Positions 27,466 through 36,644 of a stretch of 64,000 nt of DNA are shown here, one piece after another. Positions within the stretch are counted from its first letter, which is position 1, and each line of letters starts with the position of its first letter. Both the position numbers and the translations under genes were made by a program. The stretch comes from Gemmatimonadales bacterium. GTDB lineage: Bacteria > Gemmatimonadota > Gemmatimonadetes > Gemmatimonadales > GWC2-71-9. The notes under the pieces were generated by a model that saw only the letters and a list, made by a program, of their open reading frames with translations, ran no database searches and was not told where the DNA came from. Location of the stretch: the NCBI GenBank assembly GCA_037189525.1, contig JBBCJC010000002.1, positions 160,001-224,000 of the forward strand. Reading direction: 5' to 3'.

Positions 27466-27598
27466 GTCGGGAGGGACGAGGGGGCGCGGCGCTGCCAGCG
27501 CGTCAGTCGCACGGTACCCGGTCTGTGATCCCACCGATCGAGTGCGACTGCAGCGCCAAGCGCCGCGCCCCGCCCCGCGCCCCCTCGTCCCTCCCGAC
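27466..27598. repeat. Long hairpin element, copy 1 (shares its core with 56038-56166)
   Basis: 24-bp perfect outer inverted repeat; core GCCAGCGCGTCAGTCG...CGACTGCAGCGCCA. Confidence 0.8.
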
Positions 27599-27613
27599 GC
27601 TACGTTCCGTGAG

Positions 27614-29482
27614 TCAAGGCAGGTCGACCTTGTACTCGACGACCCCGCCACGTGTGCTGAGCAACCGAACGGTCAGGGAACGATCCGCGGTCTCGGCGCC
27701 CGCTTTGATCCGGAGTCGGATCGTTTTGGTCTCGTTGCCACCCATCCAGAACTCCGGCGCTCTGCCGACCGTCCGGCTCTTGCTTCCTTTGGCAAACTCG
27801 GCCACGAGCCGGTCGGGCCGCACAATCTTGACCTTTTTGGCTTGATCCAGCGCGGTCGGCAAGCGGCCGGCGTTGCGGACCGTTACGACCAGTTCATGGG
27901 TGGCCGAGTCGGCGGCGGCGCGGGTCAGGCGGGAGGCCTTGACCGAAGGGATCGACAGCTGCGGAAGGGATTTGGCCATGTACAGATTGAACATGGCCTG
28001 TTTGCGGGCCCACTCCTCCAGCACCTCCGGCGGGCCATTCTGCGAGAAGAACTTCGGGTTGAAGCCGCCGATTTCGACCTTGCCGAGCTGCGGGTGATCG
28101 AACGGAGTCCACGGCTTGAAGCAGGTCCCGTTGAAGCGCTCGTCGCACCAGCGGAGCACCTCCCATTCGTCGATATCGCCGTCCCCGTCGTAGTCCTTTT
28201 CGCGGCCGCCGTGCCAGATCTCGTCTCCGTACCAGACGGCGCCGAAATCGGCGTAGCCCCAGTCCGGGCCATGGCCGAACAGCGGCGAGGGACGCGTCGA
28301 ATCGCCGGTGAACGGGTTGATGGCGCGGCGGGTGGCGTAGGTCCGGTAGACGTCGCCCGCCCACGGATAGCCGGTGAAACTGAGCCCGGCCGAATCCATG
28401 TGGTGATAGATGACGAGGTCGGACGGCATGATGCACTCGGTTTCTTCGCAGACCGAGGGACCGCGTAAATGCATCGGCACCGCCGTGTCCATCGAGTTGA
28501 CCACGCCGACGTGCGGATGGCGCAGCAACCAGAGCACCAGCGAACGCGTCTCCGGCTCCGATAACGGATGCTCGCCCGCGCCCAACTGGGTCCAGCCTCG
28601 CCCCGTGACGTCGCTCCCCGGTTCGGGCCGCCAATTGGACGGGTAGTTGCGGTGGAGGTCGAGCCCGCCGATCCCGTCCTCGTTGTAGCGGCCGTCGCCG
28701 TCGTTGTCGATCCCTTCGCTCCAGACCTTCCAATCGCCGGTGCCGGTTCGCACCCGCTTCATCGCGCGGCCCGAGGGATCCTTGGGATCCTGGATGTAGT
28801 CGCCCTTGCCCATCTCGACCCGCTGGCGCATCTGGCGGATATACCCGTCGCTATCGAGGTCCTCTCCCGGGTCTTCGTCGAGCAAGCCGTCCCCATCCGA
28901 GTCGTGCGGTCGGACACTGCTGCGATTGGTTTGCGCGGTGAGCCGGTAGAGGTCCGAGCCATCCGGATTGTTGAGTGGTCGGACGTAAATGGCCTTCTGA
29001 TCGAGCAGGGCCGTGATCTCCGGATCCTTGCCGTAGTTCTCGAGCAGGTACCAGGCGAGGTAGAGCGCCGATTCCGTGCTGGAAATCTCGCCCGAGTGCC
29101 GCCCCGCATCGAACAGGGCGGCGGGCTTATCGGTGTGCTTGCCGGTCTTCTTGTTGGTGAGCGTGAGTTGCCAGAGGGTCCGACCGCCAAAACTCTCACC
29201 CACTTCGTAGAGGTCCACCAGCTCCGGATACCGTTTGGCCCACTCGTGCATCCACCATTCCACCTCGACCGAGGTATGGTAGTGCTTGAAATCCATCTGT
29301 CCCTCGACCAGCGGTTTGGTCTCGGGATAGCTGGTCAGCGGAAAGATGCTGGGTCCGTGGCGCAGTCCAGGTACGGCCAGGACTTTCGGCGTCGAGTCGC
29401 GTGTGGACGGGCGGTCTTGCCCTATCAGCGGGACAATCGCAACAAGCGGAAGTGCCGCAACGAGAAAGGCGCGGAGAGCCAT
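27614..29482 (-). CDS. M14 family zinc carboxypeptidase-like protein, exported
   Basis: HSGE zinc motif, NPDG, DLHRNYP and SEPET; several DxDGDG Ca-binding-like loops; signal peptide. Confidence 0.9.
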   Translation of the reverse strand: MALRAFLVAALPLVAIVPLIGQDRPSTRDSTPKVLAVPGLRHGPSIFPLTSYPETKPLVEGQMDFKHYHTSVEVEWWMHEWAKRYPELVDLYEVGESFGGRTLWQLTLTNKKTGKHTDKPAALFDAGRHSGEISSTESALYLAWYLLENYGKDPEITALLDQKAIYVRPLNNPDGSDLYRLTAQTNRSSVRPHDSDGDGLLDEDPGEDLDSDGYIRQMRQRVEMGKGDYIQDPKDPSGRAMKRVRTGTGDWKVWSEGIDNDGDGRYNEDGIGGLDLHRNYPSNWRPEPGSDVTGRGWTQLGAGEHPLSEPETRSLVLWLLRHPHVGVVNSMDTAVPMHLRGPSVCEETECIMPSDLVIYHHMDSAGLSFTGYPWAGDVYRTYATRRAINPFTGDSTRPSPLFGHGPDWGYADFGAVWYGDEIWHGGREKDYDGDGDIDEWEVLRWCDERFNGTCFKPWTPFDHPQLGKVEIGGFNPKFFSQNGPPEVLEEWARKQAMFNLYMAKSLPQLSIPSVKASRLTRAAADSATHELVVTVRNAGRLPTALDQAKKVKIVRPDRLVAEFAKGSKSRTVGRAPEFWMGGNETKTIRLRIKAGAETADRSLTVRLLSTRGGVVEYKVDLP

Positions 29483-29519
29483 GAGAACCGGTCACGGAAG
29501 GGGGACTCACTAAGATAGC
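29445..29519 (-). repeat. M14 promoter/5' end, direct-repeat copy A
   Basis: Aligns with 32143-32218; both copies end in ACTAAGATAGC (+ strand). Confidence 0.75.
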
Positions 29520-29572
29520 GCTCCGCTTGGAGTAACGCGGAGCGCTTTATAAGCGGACCTACGCCCGACAGG

Positions 29573-30208
29573 CTATTGCGCGGGGATCGTGGTCCATGCC
29601 GAGAGCACCTCTCCCGTGGGTTGGACATAGCGCGCCCAAACGGTGTCTCCCGCCTGTACCTGCAGTCGGTAGTCACCGGGCACCCCCGAACCTCCTACCG
29701 CCGCGACTGCAAAGTCACCGTACTGTCCCGCCGGAACGGGGCCCCAAGCCCTACGATAGCTATTCTCGACCCAGTCGACCGAAGACCATCGCGAAATGAT
29801 CTTGGCGGCCTCTTTCCAACCCAATGGGCCTACGACCCGAATGTGGATTGCCCGACCCTGAAGAAGCGAGGTCACGAACTGAGCATGGATTCCGGGCAAA
29901 AGCTGAACTACTTCGTCTATACTATGACCATTCTTGATGCCAATCAGAAGCTCGGTTGGAGGAGCACGAAGCACCTCACGATCTCCGCGCGACGTTTCGA
30001 AGATGATCTCATGTCGTTCGTGCTCGAGAAGCTCGGGATCGCCAACCGGATAGTAAATCCACGAGAAAACCATCTCGTGGCTTCGGACCGCCGATGCGTC
30101 GACCTCGATCCGAGCGACCCTCCGATTGATGACAACTTCCCACTCCGATGGATTTGTCGAGCAAGCAATCAGCCATACGCAGCTCCCAATAACGATTGGG
30201 CGAAGCAT
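29573..30208 (-). CDS. Hypothetical lipoprotein with a subtilase-prodomain-like segment (low GC)
   Basis: Lipobox LIAC; LLIGIK...IHIRV...EAAKII....VDWVENSY resembles S8 propeptides. Alternative start at 30250. Confidence 0.6.
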   Translation of the reverse strand: MLRPIVIGSCVWLIACSTNPSEWEVVINRRVARIEVDASAVRSHEMVFSWIYYPVGDPELLEHERHEIIFETSRGDREVLRAPPTELLIGIKNGHSIDEVVQLLPGIHAQFVTSLLQGRAIHIRVVGPLGWKEAAKIISRWSSVDWVENSYRRAWGPVPAGQYGDFAVAAVGGSGVPGDYRLQVQAGDTVWARYVQPTGEVLSAWTTIPAQ

Positions 30209-30263
30209 CCCAAAGACCCCAGGTAACAGAGACGTGTAGAAAATTCTCATCCTAGAACCTGAC

Positions 30264-31988
30264 TCAACAGATCGCGAAACCACCAATCATCTGGATATTG
30301 CTTGTTGTACGACCCGCGGATGTGACCGTCACTCGTAAAACGAACTGATCGCTCAAGCTCGTATACTCACTATAGGTCGACGAGTTGGACCCAACGGAGA
30401 CCCAAGTCGGACTGCATGCATCCCGACGCTCCCACGCGTAGTTGATCGTACCAACGCCGTTCGTTACGTCTGCAGTCCAAACATCTAGCCCGCCCGTAGG
30501 AAAGCTCGGACCGTTAATATACGCGCCTAGAGAGCCCAAAACGGCAAGTAACGCTTGAACGCGTCCATACCCGAAACTATCATCGCGACCAGGCGACCCG
30601 AAATCGGCAGCGGTTGAGGTTAGGCGACCAAGAACTTGTGACGATGTGAATCCTGGATTGTATGCCCAAACTAAAGCAGCTACACCTGCAACATGCGGTG
30701 AAGCCATAGAAGTACCGCACAGGGAGAAGTACGCCCCATTGGCGATCATGTTAGTGGCTTCAAACGGCGCGGAGATATCAACACCAGGACCATAGTTCGA
30801 CTTGTGGTACGTGAAATCGCTACAAAACACATTCGAGGCGAACCCGTCAGCCGATGTCGTTCCGGAGACCGACAGGACGGACGTATATCGTGCCGGGTAG
30901 CAGTCGACACCCGCACTGACGCCAGAGCCTCCGCACTCGTGGTTATTACCCGCAGCGCCAACAATAACATTTCCTGCTGCTGCGCTAGCCGCCAACGCGA
31001 TCGAAAGCGGTGTATGAGCACCGTTCCTCGTCAGGCTGAGGTTGACTACATGACGAGGAATACTGCTCGTAGTCGTCCAGTCAATCGCACCGATAAGCGC
31101 AGCATCTGAACACCCCGAGGGACCACAGGCTCTGATAGAGTTCACGTTGGCATCGCTAGCAACCCCAACATAGCCGATACTGTTGTCCCGAGCTGCAGCA
31201 ATGCCCGCAACATGAACCCCGTGATTTGAGGAGGAGTGATAGCAGCTGGTAACGTTCGGCGGATCACTCGCGTACAAGCATTGCAGATTGAATATCGAGT
31301 TCGCAGGGCCATCACCTGATACGATATGCACGCTATCCAAGCCGTAATCGATGACCGTAATTGTCGCGCCACTACCCGAAGTGTATGCCCAGGTATTTGA
31401 AGCACCGATCTTGGTCATTCCCCAGTCGATTGTCTGACTGAACAACGCGCTACTGCCAGCAGAGGCTCCCTGAGAATAATTTCCAGATTCCACTACGTAG
31501 TCAACAAAAGGCAACTCTCGCAAGGCTAGAGCCGCACTGGGATCAATCGTTCCTGCAGCGGCGGGGAAACTCGCAAAGGTCCGAACTATGCGTAGCCCTC
31601 GCGACTCAAGCTCGCCAATCGCATCGATAACTTCCGCTCTAGATACACTCGACGTTACACCGGACAGTCGACTCAGTGGAGCATCGATTGCCTTGATCCC
31701 CACAATAACGCCGCCGTTCGACTCGTTAATCCGACTCAACAATTCCGCGTCGGACAGTTCTTCGCCGACGTCGTATCGAATGGATGGAAATCGGGCCGGC
31801 ATCTCCGGAAACGTTGGGATAGCGCCCTGGGCATCCTTGGATCCGATCGCCCAAGAAGGCGTCAATCCCCGACCCTGTTTACTATCAGGAGAATTTTGAG
31901 TCGGGTCATCCGACTCAATGCAAGCAGTGACCGCCGACGCCAACAGTAACGGAAGAACGATTACACGGATGGGGGACATGCGAAGCAT
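30264..31988 (-). CDS. S8 subtilisin-like serine protease, lipoprotein (low GC)
   Basis: Lipobox VTAC; triad VIDYG / HGVHVAG / GTSMASPHVAG; AAGN oxyanion motif; prodomain present. Confidence 0.93.
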   Translation of the reverse strand: MLRMSPIRVIVLPLLLASAVTACIESDDPTQNSPDSKQGRGLTPSWAIGSKDAQGAIPTFPEMPARFPSIRYDVGEELSDAELLSRINESNGGVIVGIKAIDAPLSRLSGVTSSVSRAEVIDAIGELESRGLRIVRTFASFPAAAGTIDPSAALALRELPFVDYVVESGNYSQGASAGSSALFSQTIDWGMTKIGASNTWAYTSGSGATITVIDYGLDSVHIVSGDGPANSIFNLQCLYASDPPNVTSCYHSSSNHGVHVAGIAAARDNSIGYVGVASDANVNSIRACGPSGCSDAALIGAIDWTTTSSIPRHVVNLSLTRNGAHTPLSIALAASAAAGNVIVGAAGNNHECGGSGVSAGVDCYPARYTSVLSVSGTTSADGFASNVFCSDFTYHKSNYGPGVDISAPFEATNMIANGAYFSLCGTSMASPHVAGVAALVWAYNPGFTSSQVLGRLTSTAADFGSPGRDDSFGYGRVQALLAVLGSLGAYINGPSFPTGGLDVWTADVTNGVGTINYAWERRDACSPTWVSVGSNSSTYSEYTSLSDQFVLRVTVTSAGRTTSNIQMIGGFAIC

Positions 31989-32142
31989 TGGTCACTCCTT
32001 CAAAGAGGCGCTCTCTAGCGTACCTACCAATCCCAAGCTAGAATCTCCATCCATGCCATACAATACGGCCATTCGGCCCTGAAACAAACACCGAAGCAAC
32101 ACTGCTAGCGTCCGACGACCTTGATCTCCATCCGACCTCATC

Positions 32143-32218
32143 AGTGGCAGTGCCGCGGCGAGGAGAGCGCGGAGTGACATGAACGACCGGTTGCGAACGG
32201 GTGAACGACTAAGATAGC
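32143..32218 (-). repeat. Diverged duplicate of the M14 promoter and first ~13 codons (copy B, truncated MSLRALLAAALPL)
   Basis: Nucleotide alignment with 29445-29519; peptide MSLRALLAAALPL versus MALRAFLVAALPL. Confidence 0.75.
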
Positions 32219-32375
32219 ACCGGCGTCCAATCCTCTGTGGCCCCGGGTGTGATCCGCTCGGCCACGATGCCGATCCTCGACTGCGCTGTCATTGGCTTTC
32301 GTGGACGGGCTCCGCAGGCTGACCGCTCTTGATCTACGCCCGGTCGGAGCCGGAACGGAGGTCGGAGGACCACCC

Positions 32376-35050
32376 TCACTCGGCGCGGATCGCTACCAGC
32401 GGATCGGCCCGCGCCGCGCGGCGCGCGGGAATCCAACTCGCAAGCAATGCCACCACACCAAGCGCGATCGGTACCGTGATGAACGTCGGGAGATCGCTCG
32501 CCTGCACTCCGAACAGCAGGCTCTCCAACCAGCGGCTGGCGACGAACGCCACCCCCAGCCGATGGCGATGCCGAGCCCGGCCAGCACGACACCCTGGCCC
32601 AGCACCAGTCGGGAGAGATCGCCGGCCGTGGCGCCGATGGCAGCGCGAATGCCTAACTCACGGGCCCGCTGCGCAACACCATACGAGACCACGCCGTAGA
32701 TTCCCAGCGCGGCGAGCACCAGCGCCATCGTCGCGAAGAGACCGACCACCTGGCCCTGGAGCCGCTGGCGCCAGAACGCCCGCGAGACCGTCTGCTCAAA
32801 GGTCCCCACCTCGTAGAGCGGTACCTCGGCATCCAGTTCCCGCACCACTCGGCGCACCTCGGGGATCAGGGCGATCGGATCGTCGAGGGTGGTGCGGATC
32901 GCGAGCGCCTGGTTCCGGCGCGGCGAGGCGAAAAGGGGAAATAGATCGCCGGCCCCATCGGCTCCGGAAGGCGAAAGTGCTGGAACTCGCCGACGACGCC
33001 CACGATGGTGATCCAGGGCTCGCTCGAGGTGTGGTCGCCGAACTTGATCCGCTTGCCCACTGGATCCTCGTTCGGAAATTCGCGGCGGGCCAGCACTTCG
33101 TTGACGATCCCGACGCGGCCCCGCGGCTGCCACGATCCGGTGTCCCCAACGGTGCCCACGTCGGTCTGATCGACCCAGCGGCCGCCGAGCAGCGGAACAC
33201 CGATGGCCCGGAAATACTCGGGCGAGACCGACAGGAAGTGCATGTCGAGCGGATCGTGCGGGGGGCGCGGCGGCTTGCCCTCGATCGACATCCCGGCTTT
33301 CACGTCCCAACCACTGAACGGCAGGCCGTCGGCCGATCCGACGGCTTCGACACCGGGCAGCGCGGCCAGTCGCTCGAGCAGGGTCGCGAAGAACGTCCCC
33401 CGCTCCGTCGGGGTCTGATATCGGGCTGTGGGAAGCGTGATGCGCACCGACAGCATACCCTGCTGGTCGAATCCCAGATCGGAGGTGGTGTAGGCGCGGT
33501 ACGACTTGAGGAGCAGCATCGCCCCGATCACCAGCGTGGCCGAGAGGCCGACCTCGAGCACCACGAGCCCGGACCGAAGCCGTCCGGCGTGCCGAGACCG
33601 GAGGGAACCCGCGGCACGCTCCCGGAACGCACCGGCAAGGTCCAGCTTGGTGGCCCTGAGCGCCGGGATCACCCCCACCACGAGCCCGGTCAGCACCGTA
33701 ATGCCCGCGGTGATCGCGAGACTCGCCGGGTCGAGCCGGAGGGTGAGGTCGAACGGGAGACCACCGGGGAACGCGAGCGCGAAGAGCCGGATCCCGCCGG
33801 CCGCGACGCCGAGGCCCACGAGCCCGCCTAACATCGCGAGCGCCAGGCTCTCCACCACCAGCTGGCGCACCAAGCGGCGGCGGCCGGCGCCGATCGCGGC
33901 CCGAACCGCCATCTCGCGTTCCCGGGCCGCACCGCGCACCAGAAGCAGGTTCGCGATGTTGGCGCAGACGATCAGCAGCACGCACCCCACCGCCGCGAGG
34001 AACACCTGGAGCGGGCGACGGAGGTCTCCCACCCGGTCGTCGCGAAGCGACATCAGGTCGGCGCGCCAACCGAGGTTCTGGTCGGGCAGCTCGCGCTCGA
34101 GCCGCTGCATGATCACATCCAGGTCGGCCTGGGCCGCCGCCAACGTGACCCCAAGCCGGAGCCGTCCGAGCGCGCCGGCATTGCCCCGGTTGCCATGCCC
34201 GTCGTTCGGGTCGGGAATGAAGGGAACCCAGGCCCGCTCCCGATCGGGAAAGGCGAAGCCCCTCGGCATGACCCCGACGACAACGTGCGGCATCCCGTCC
34301 ACTTGGACGGCTCGGCCCACGACACTCGAGTCCCCGCCGAAGCGCTGGGTCCAGAGTCCGTGGCCGAGCAGCACCACGCGCTCCGCGCCGGAGCGTTCCT
34401 CGTCCGCCGTGAAGGTGCGGCCGAGTATCGGACGCGCGCCGAGCAACGGGAAGAGATTGGCGGTGACCGCCGCGGCGTCGACTCGCTCCGCATCGCCGGC
34501 GCCGTCGGTGAACGCGAGCGTCCACCAGGTGTACATCCCCAGCGATGCGAAGGTGCGGTTGTGATCCCGCCAGTCGGCGTACGAGATGTTCGAGGCGCGG
34601 ATACCGCGCTCAGGCGCTTTGGAGTACACTGCGACCAGCTCTTCCGGCCGGTCGTACGGCAGCGGGCGGACGAGGATGGCGTGGGCGACGCTCAGGATCG
34701 TCGCGGTAACGCCGATCCCGAGCCCCATGCAGGCGACGGCGAGCAGCGTGAAGCCCAGGCTACTACGCAGCAGTCGGGCGGCGAAACGCAGGTCGGCCAG
34801 GAAGTCGCCGACCCGTTCCCGACGACGGCGGCGCTGGCGCTGGGCGCCGTCGATCACGAGGCAGTCCTGCCGAACCTCCCACCGATCCGAATCGGCGGAG
34901 CGCTTCCGCCCGTGCTTGTTCGGCCGGCATCCCTCTGGCCTCCAACTCCCGCGCGAGTTCCTCGACGTGGAACTGCAGCTCGGTATCGACTTCCGCGGGA
35001 AGGTCAGGCCGCAGAATACGCCGCACCCGGCGCCAGCCGCCGTCGGTCAT
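32376..35050 (-). pseudogene. ADOP-type duplicated MacB/FtsX ABC permease with three frameshifts
   Basis: N-terminal prefix EVDTELQFH..EARGM..EALRRFG, DLRFAAR, CANIANLLL.R...REREMAVR and C-terminal PARRAARADPLVAIRAE are spread over four reading-frame segments. Frameshifts near 34870, 32930 and 32560. Confidence 0.85.
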
Positions 35051-35385
35051 GAGGCCGGCTGCTGGTTGGCCTTGAGCACCTTGCCCACCGCGTTCACAAA
35101 TCCCGACCACTCGGCAGACTCCTCGCGCAGCGCCTTGCGACCCCGAACCGTGAGCCGGTAAAAGCGCGCTTTGCGATTGCGCTCCGAGACCCGCCACTCG
35201 GACGCAATCGCGCCGCGGGCCTCGAGCCGGTGCAAAGCCGGATAGAGCGAGCCTTCACCGACGGTGAGGGCCTGGTCGGTGAGTTGCTCGATCCAGCGGG
35301 CAATGGCATAGCCGTGGGCGGGACCCCAGCTGAGGGCCTTGAGGATCAGGAGATCGAGCGTACCCTGAAGAAGGTCGAGAGGCAT
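35047..35385 (-). CDS. PadR family transcriptional regulator (ADOP-associated type)
   Basis: DLLQGTLDLLILK, HGYAIA, GSLYPALHRLE and NRKARFY; ATGA overlap with the permease. Confidence 0.95.
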   Translation of the reverse strand: MPLDLLQGTLDLLILKALSWGPAHGYAIARWIEQLTDQALTVGEGSLYPALHRLEARGAIASEWRVSERNRKARFYRLTVRGRKALREESAEWSGFVNAVGKVLKANQQPAS

Positions 35386-35451
35386 GGGCGGGCGACCGGA
35401 CGACAAGGGTTACGGATGACAGCGGAGGCAACGACAAACACCCCACTTATA

Positions 35452-35490
35452 CAATGAACATCGATGCATCGAATGTCAATGAGAATGATT
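35452..35490 (-). promoter_or_regulatory. Putative sigma70-type promoter with a palindromic operator for padR-permease
   Basis: Minus strand TTGACA-17 nt-CATTGT; the spacer contains the palindrome CGATGCATCG. Confidence 0.5.
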
Positions 35491-35499
35491 TCCTCCACC

Positions 35500-35580
35500 G
35501 CCGTCGCCGTCGTTGTCGATCCATCACTCCAGACCTTCCAGTCGCCTGCGCCATCCTGAACCCGCTTCATGCTCCGACCC
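35500..35580 (-). pseudogene. Internal fragment of an M14 peptidase paralogue
   Basis: Aligns with 28691-28772 with a 1-nt deletion; GRSMKRVQDGAGDWKVWSD versus GRAMKRVRTGTGDWKVWSE. Confidence 0.8.
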
Positions 35581-35726
35581 AACACCTCTCCACGGGCAGC
35601 ACCCCGCAATCCATCACGCCTCGACCGCCGTTCGAAGTCGAGTTAGCATTCTGATGTCCGACCTGCTGACGAGGCAGCACGGCAGGGGTTTACCACAGCC
35701 AACACGCCGACTTAACCGGAGGCAGT

Positions 35727-36116
35727 ATGACGGACGACACGGCGAAACATGTCGGGCCCGGCGGGACCTCGGGCGGCTTGGGCGAATTCTTCATCGGCCT
35801 GGCTCTGGTCATCGGCGGCGGCTACCTGGTCCTGAACCAGGTCACCGTCCATACCGGTGTCTGGCAGATCTGGGGCTACAGCGGCTTTGGTCTGTCGCTG
35901 ATCCCGCTCCTCATCGGGATCGGAATGCTCTTTTTCAACGGCCGTTCGCCCTGGGGCTGGTTGCTGACCGCCGCCGGCGGGTTGATCATCCTGCTCGGCA
36001 TCATCGTCAACCTGCGGATCTTCTTCCAACCCACGTCCCTCTTCAACACGCTCCTGATGCTCGGAGCACTCGCAGCGGGTATCGGGCTGATTGCCCGCTC
36101 GCTGCGGAGTCACTGA
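35727..36116 (+). CDS. Conserved hypothetical membrane protein
   Basis: GGAGG SD; four TM helices; GPGGTSGG motif. Confidence 0.8.
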   Translation: MTDDTAKHVGPGGTSGGLGEFFIGLALVIGGGYLVLNQVTVHTGVWQIWGYSGFGLSLIPLLIGIGMLFFNGRSPWGWLLTAAGGLIILLGIIVNLRIFFQPTSLFNTLLMLGALAAGIGLIARSLRSH

Positions 36117-36128
36117 CCGCCGCCGATC

Positions 36129-36605
36129 ATGCGCGCCGTCCACCAGGTGGTGAGCCGCGCGCCCGATATTCGGCGAGGGACGCCCGTCTTTGCGGGCACG
36201 AAGATCCCCGTTCAGCAGCTGATTGACCACCTCGACCGGGGCGGGACACTCGAAACCTTCCATGAACGCCATCGCCAGCTGCCGCTCGATCAGTTGACGG
36301 CCGCCTGCGCCCTGGGCCTCGAACTGCTGGTCGGCACCGTGCCGATCGAGCCGGTGGCGCCGCAGGGATCATTACTCCCACGCGCCGACGCGAACGGCAT
36401 CATCCTCAACGCCGAAGAACTGCGCGCCGACCAGGTGGTCGGCCGGCAAGTGCGCTGTCCGGCCTGCCGCGAACTCGTCTTCAAGTCGTGGCCGGAAGGA
36501 TGGGACGGCCATGCCGCCACCCGGTGCCGCGGTCTCGCCGGACGCCAGCCGGGCACGCGTAAAGCGGAGTTCAAGCGCCGATTCGACCACCTGTTCCGAT
36601 CCTGA
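36129..36605 (+). CDS. DUF433 domain fused to a C-terminal Cys/His-rich domain
   Basis: PDIRRGTPVFAGTKIPVQ.L.D.L..G..LE.F (DUF433), then CPAC...WDGHA..RC. Confidence 0.78.
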   Translation: MRAVHQVVSRAPDIRRGTPVFAGTKIPVQQLIDHLDRGGTLETFHERHRQLPLDQLTAACALGLELLVGTVPIEPVAPQGSLLPRADANGIILNAEELRADQVVGRQVRCPACRELVFKSWPEGWDGHAATRCRGLAGRQPGTRKAEFKRRFDHLFRS

Positions 36606-36644
36606 TACCGGGCTCGGAACGACGCACCTGAGGGAGGAGCGCGG

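Noticed and set aside
27466..27598. CRISPR repeat-spacer unit or integron attC site
   Set aside because: The arms are inverted rather than direct, the copies are 28 kb apart, there is no cas or intI gene, and there are no RYYYAAC/GTTRRRY ends.
31992..32180. 62-aa ORF as a real gene
   Set aside because: Only the first ~13 codons are homologous to the M14 start; the rest is read-through into the insert.
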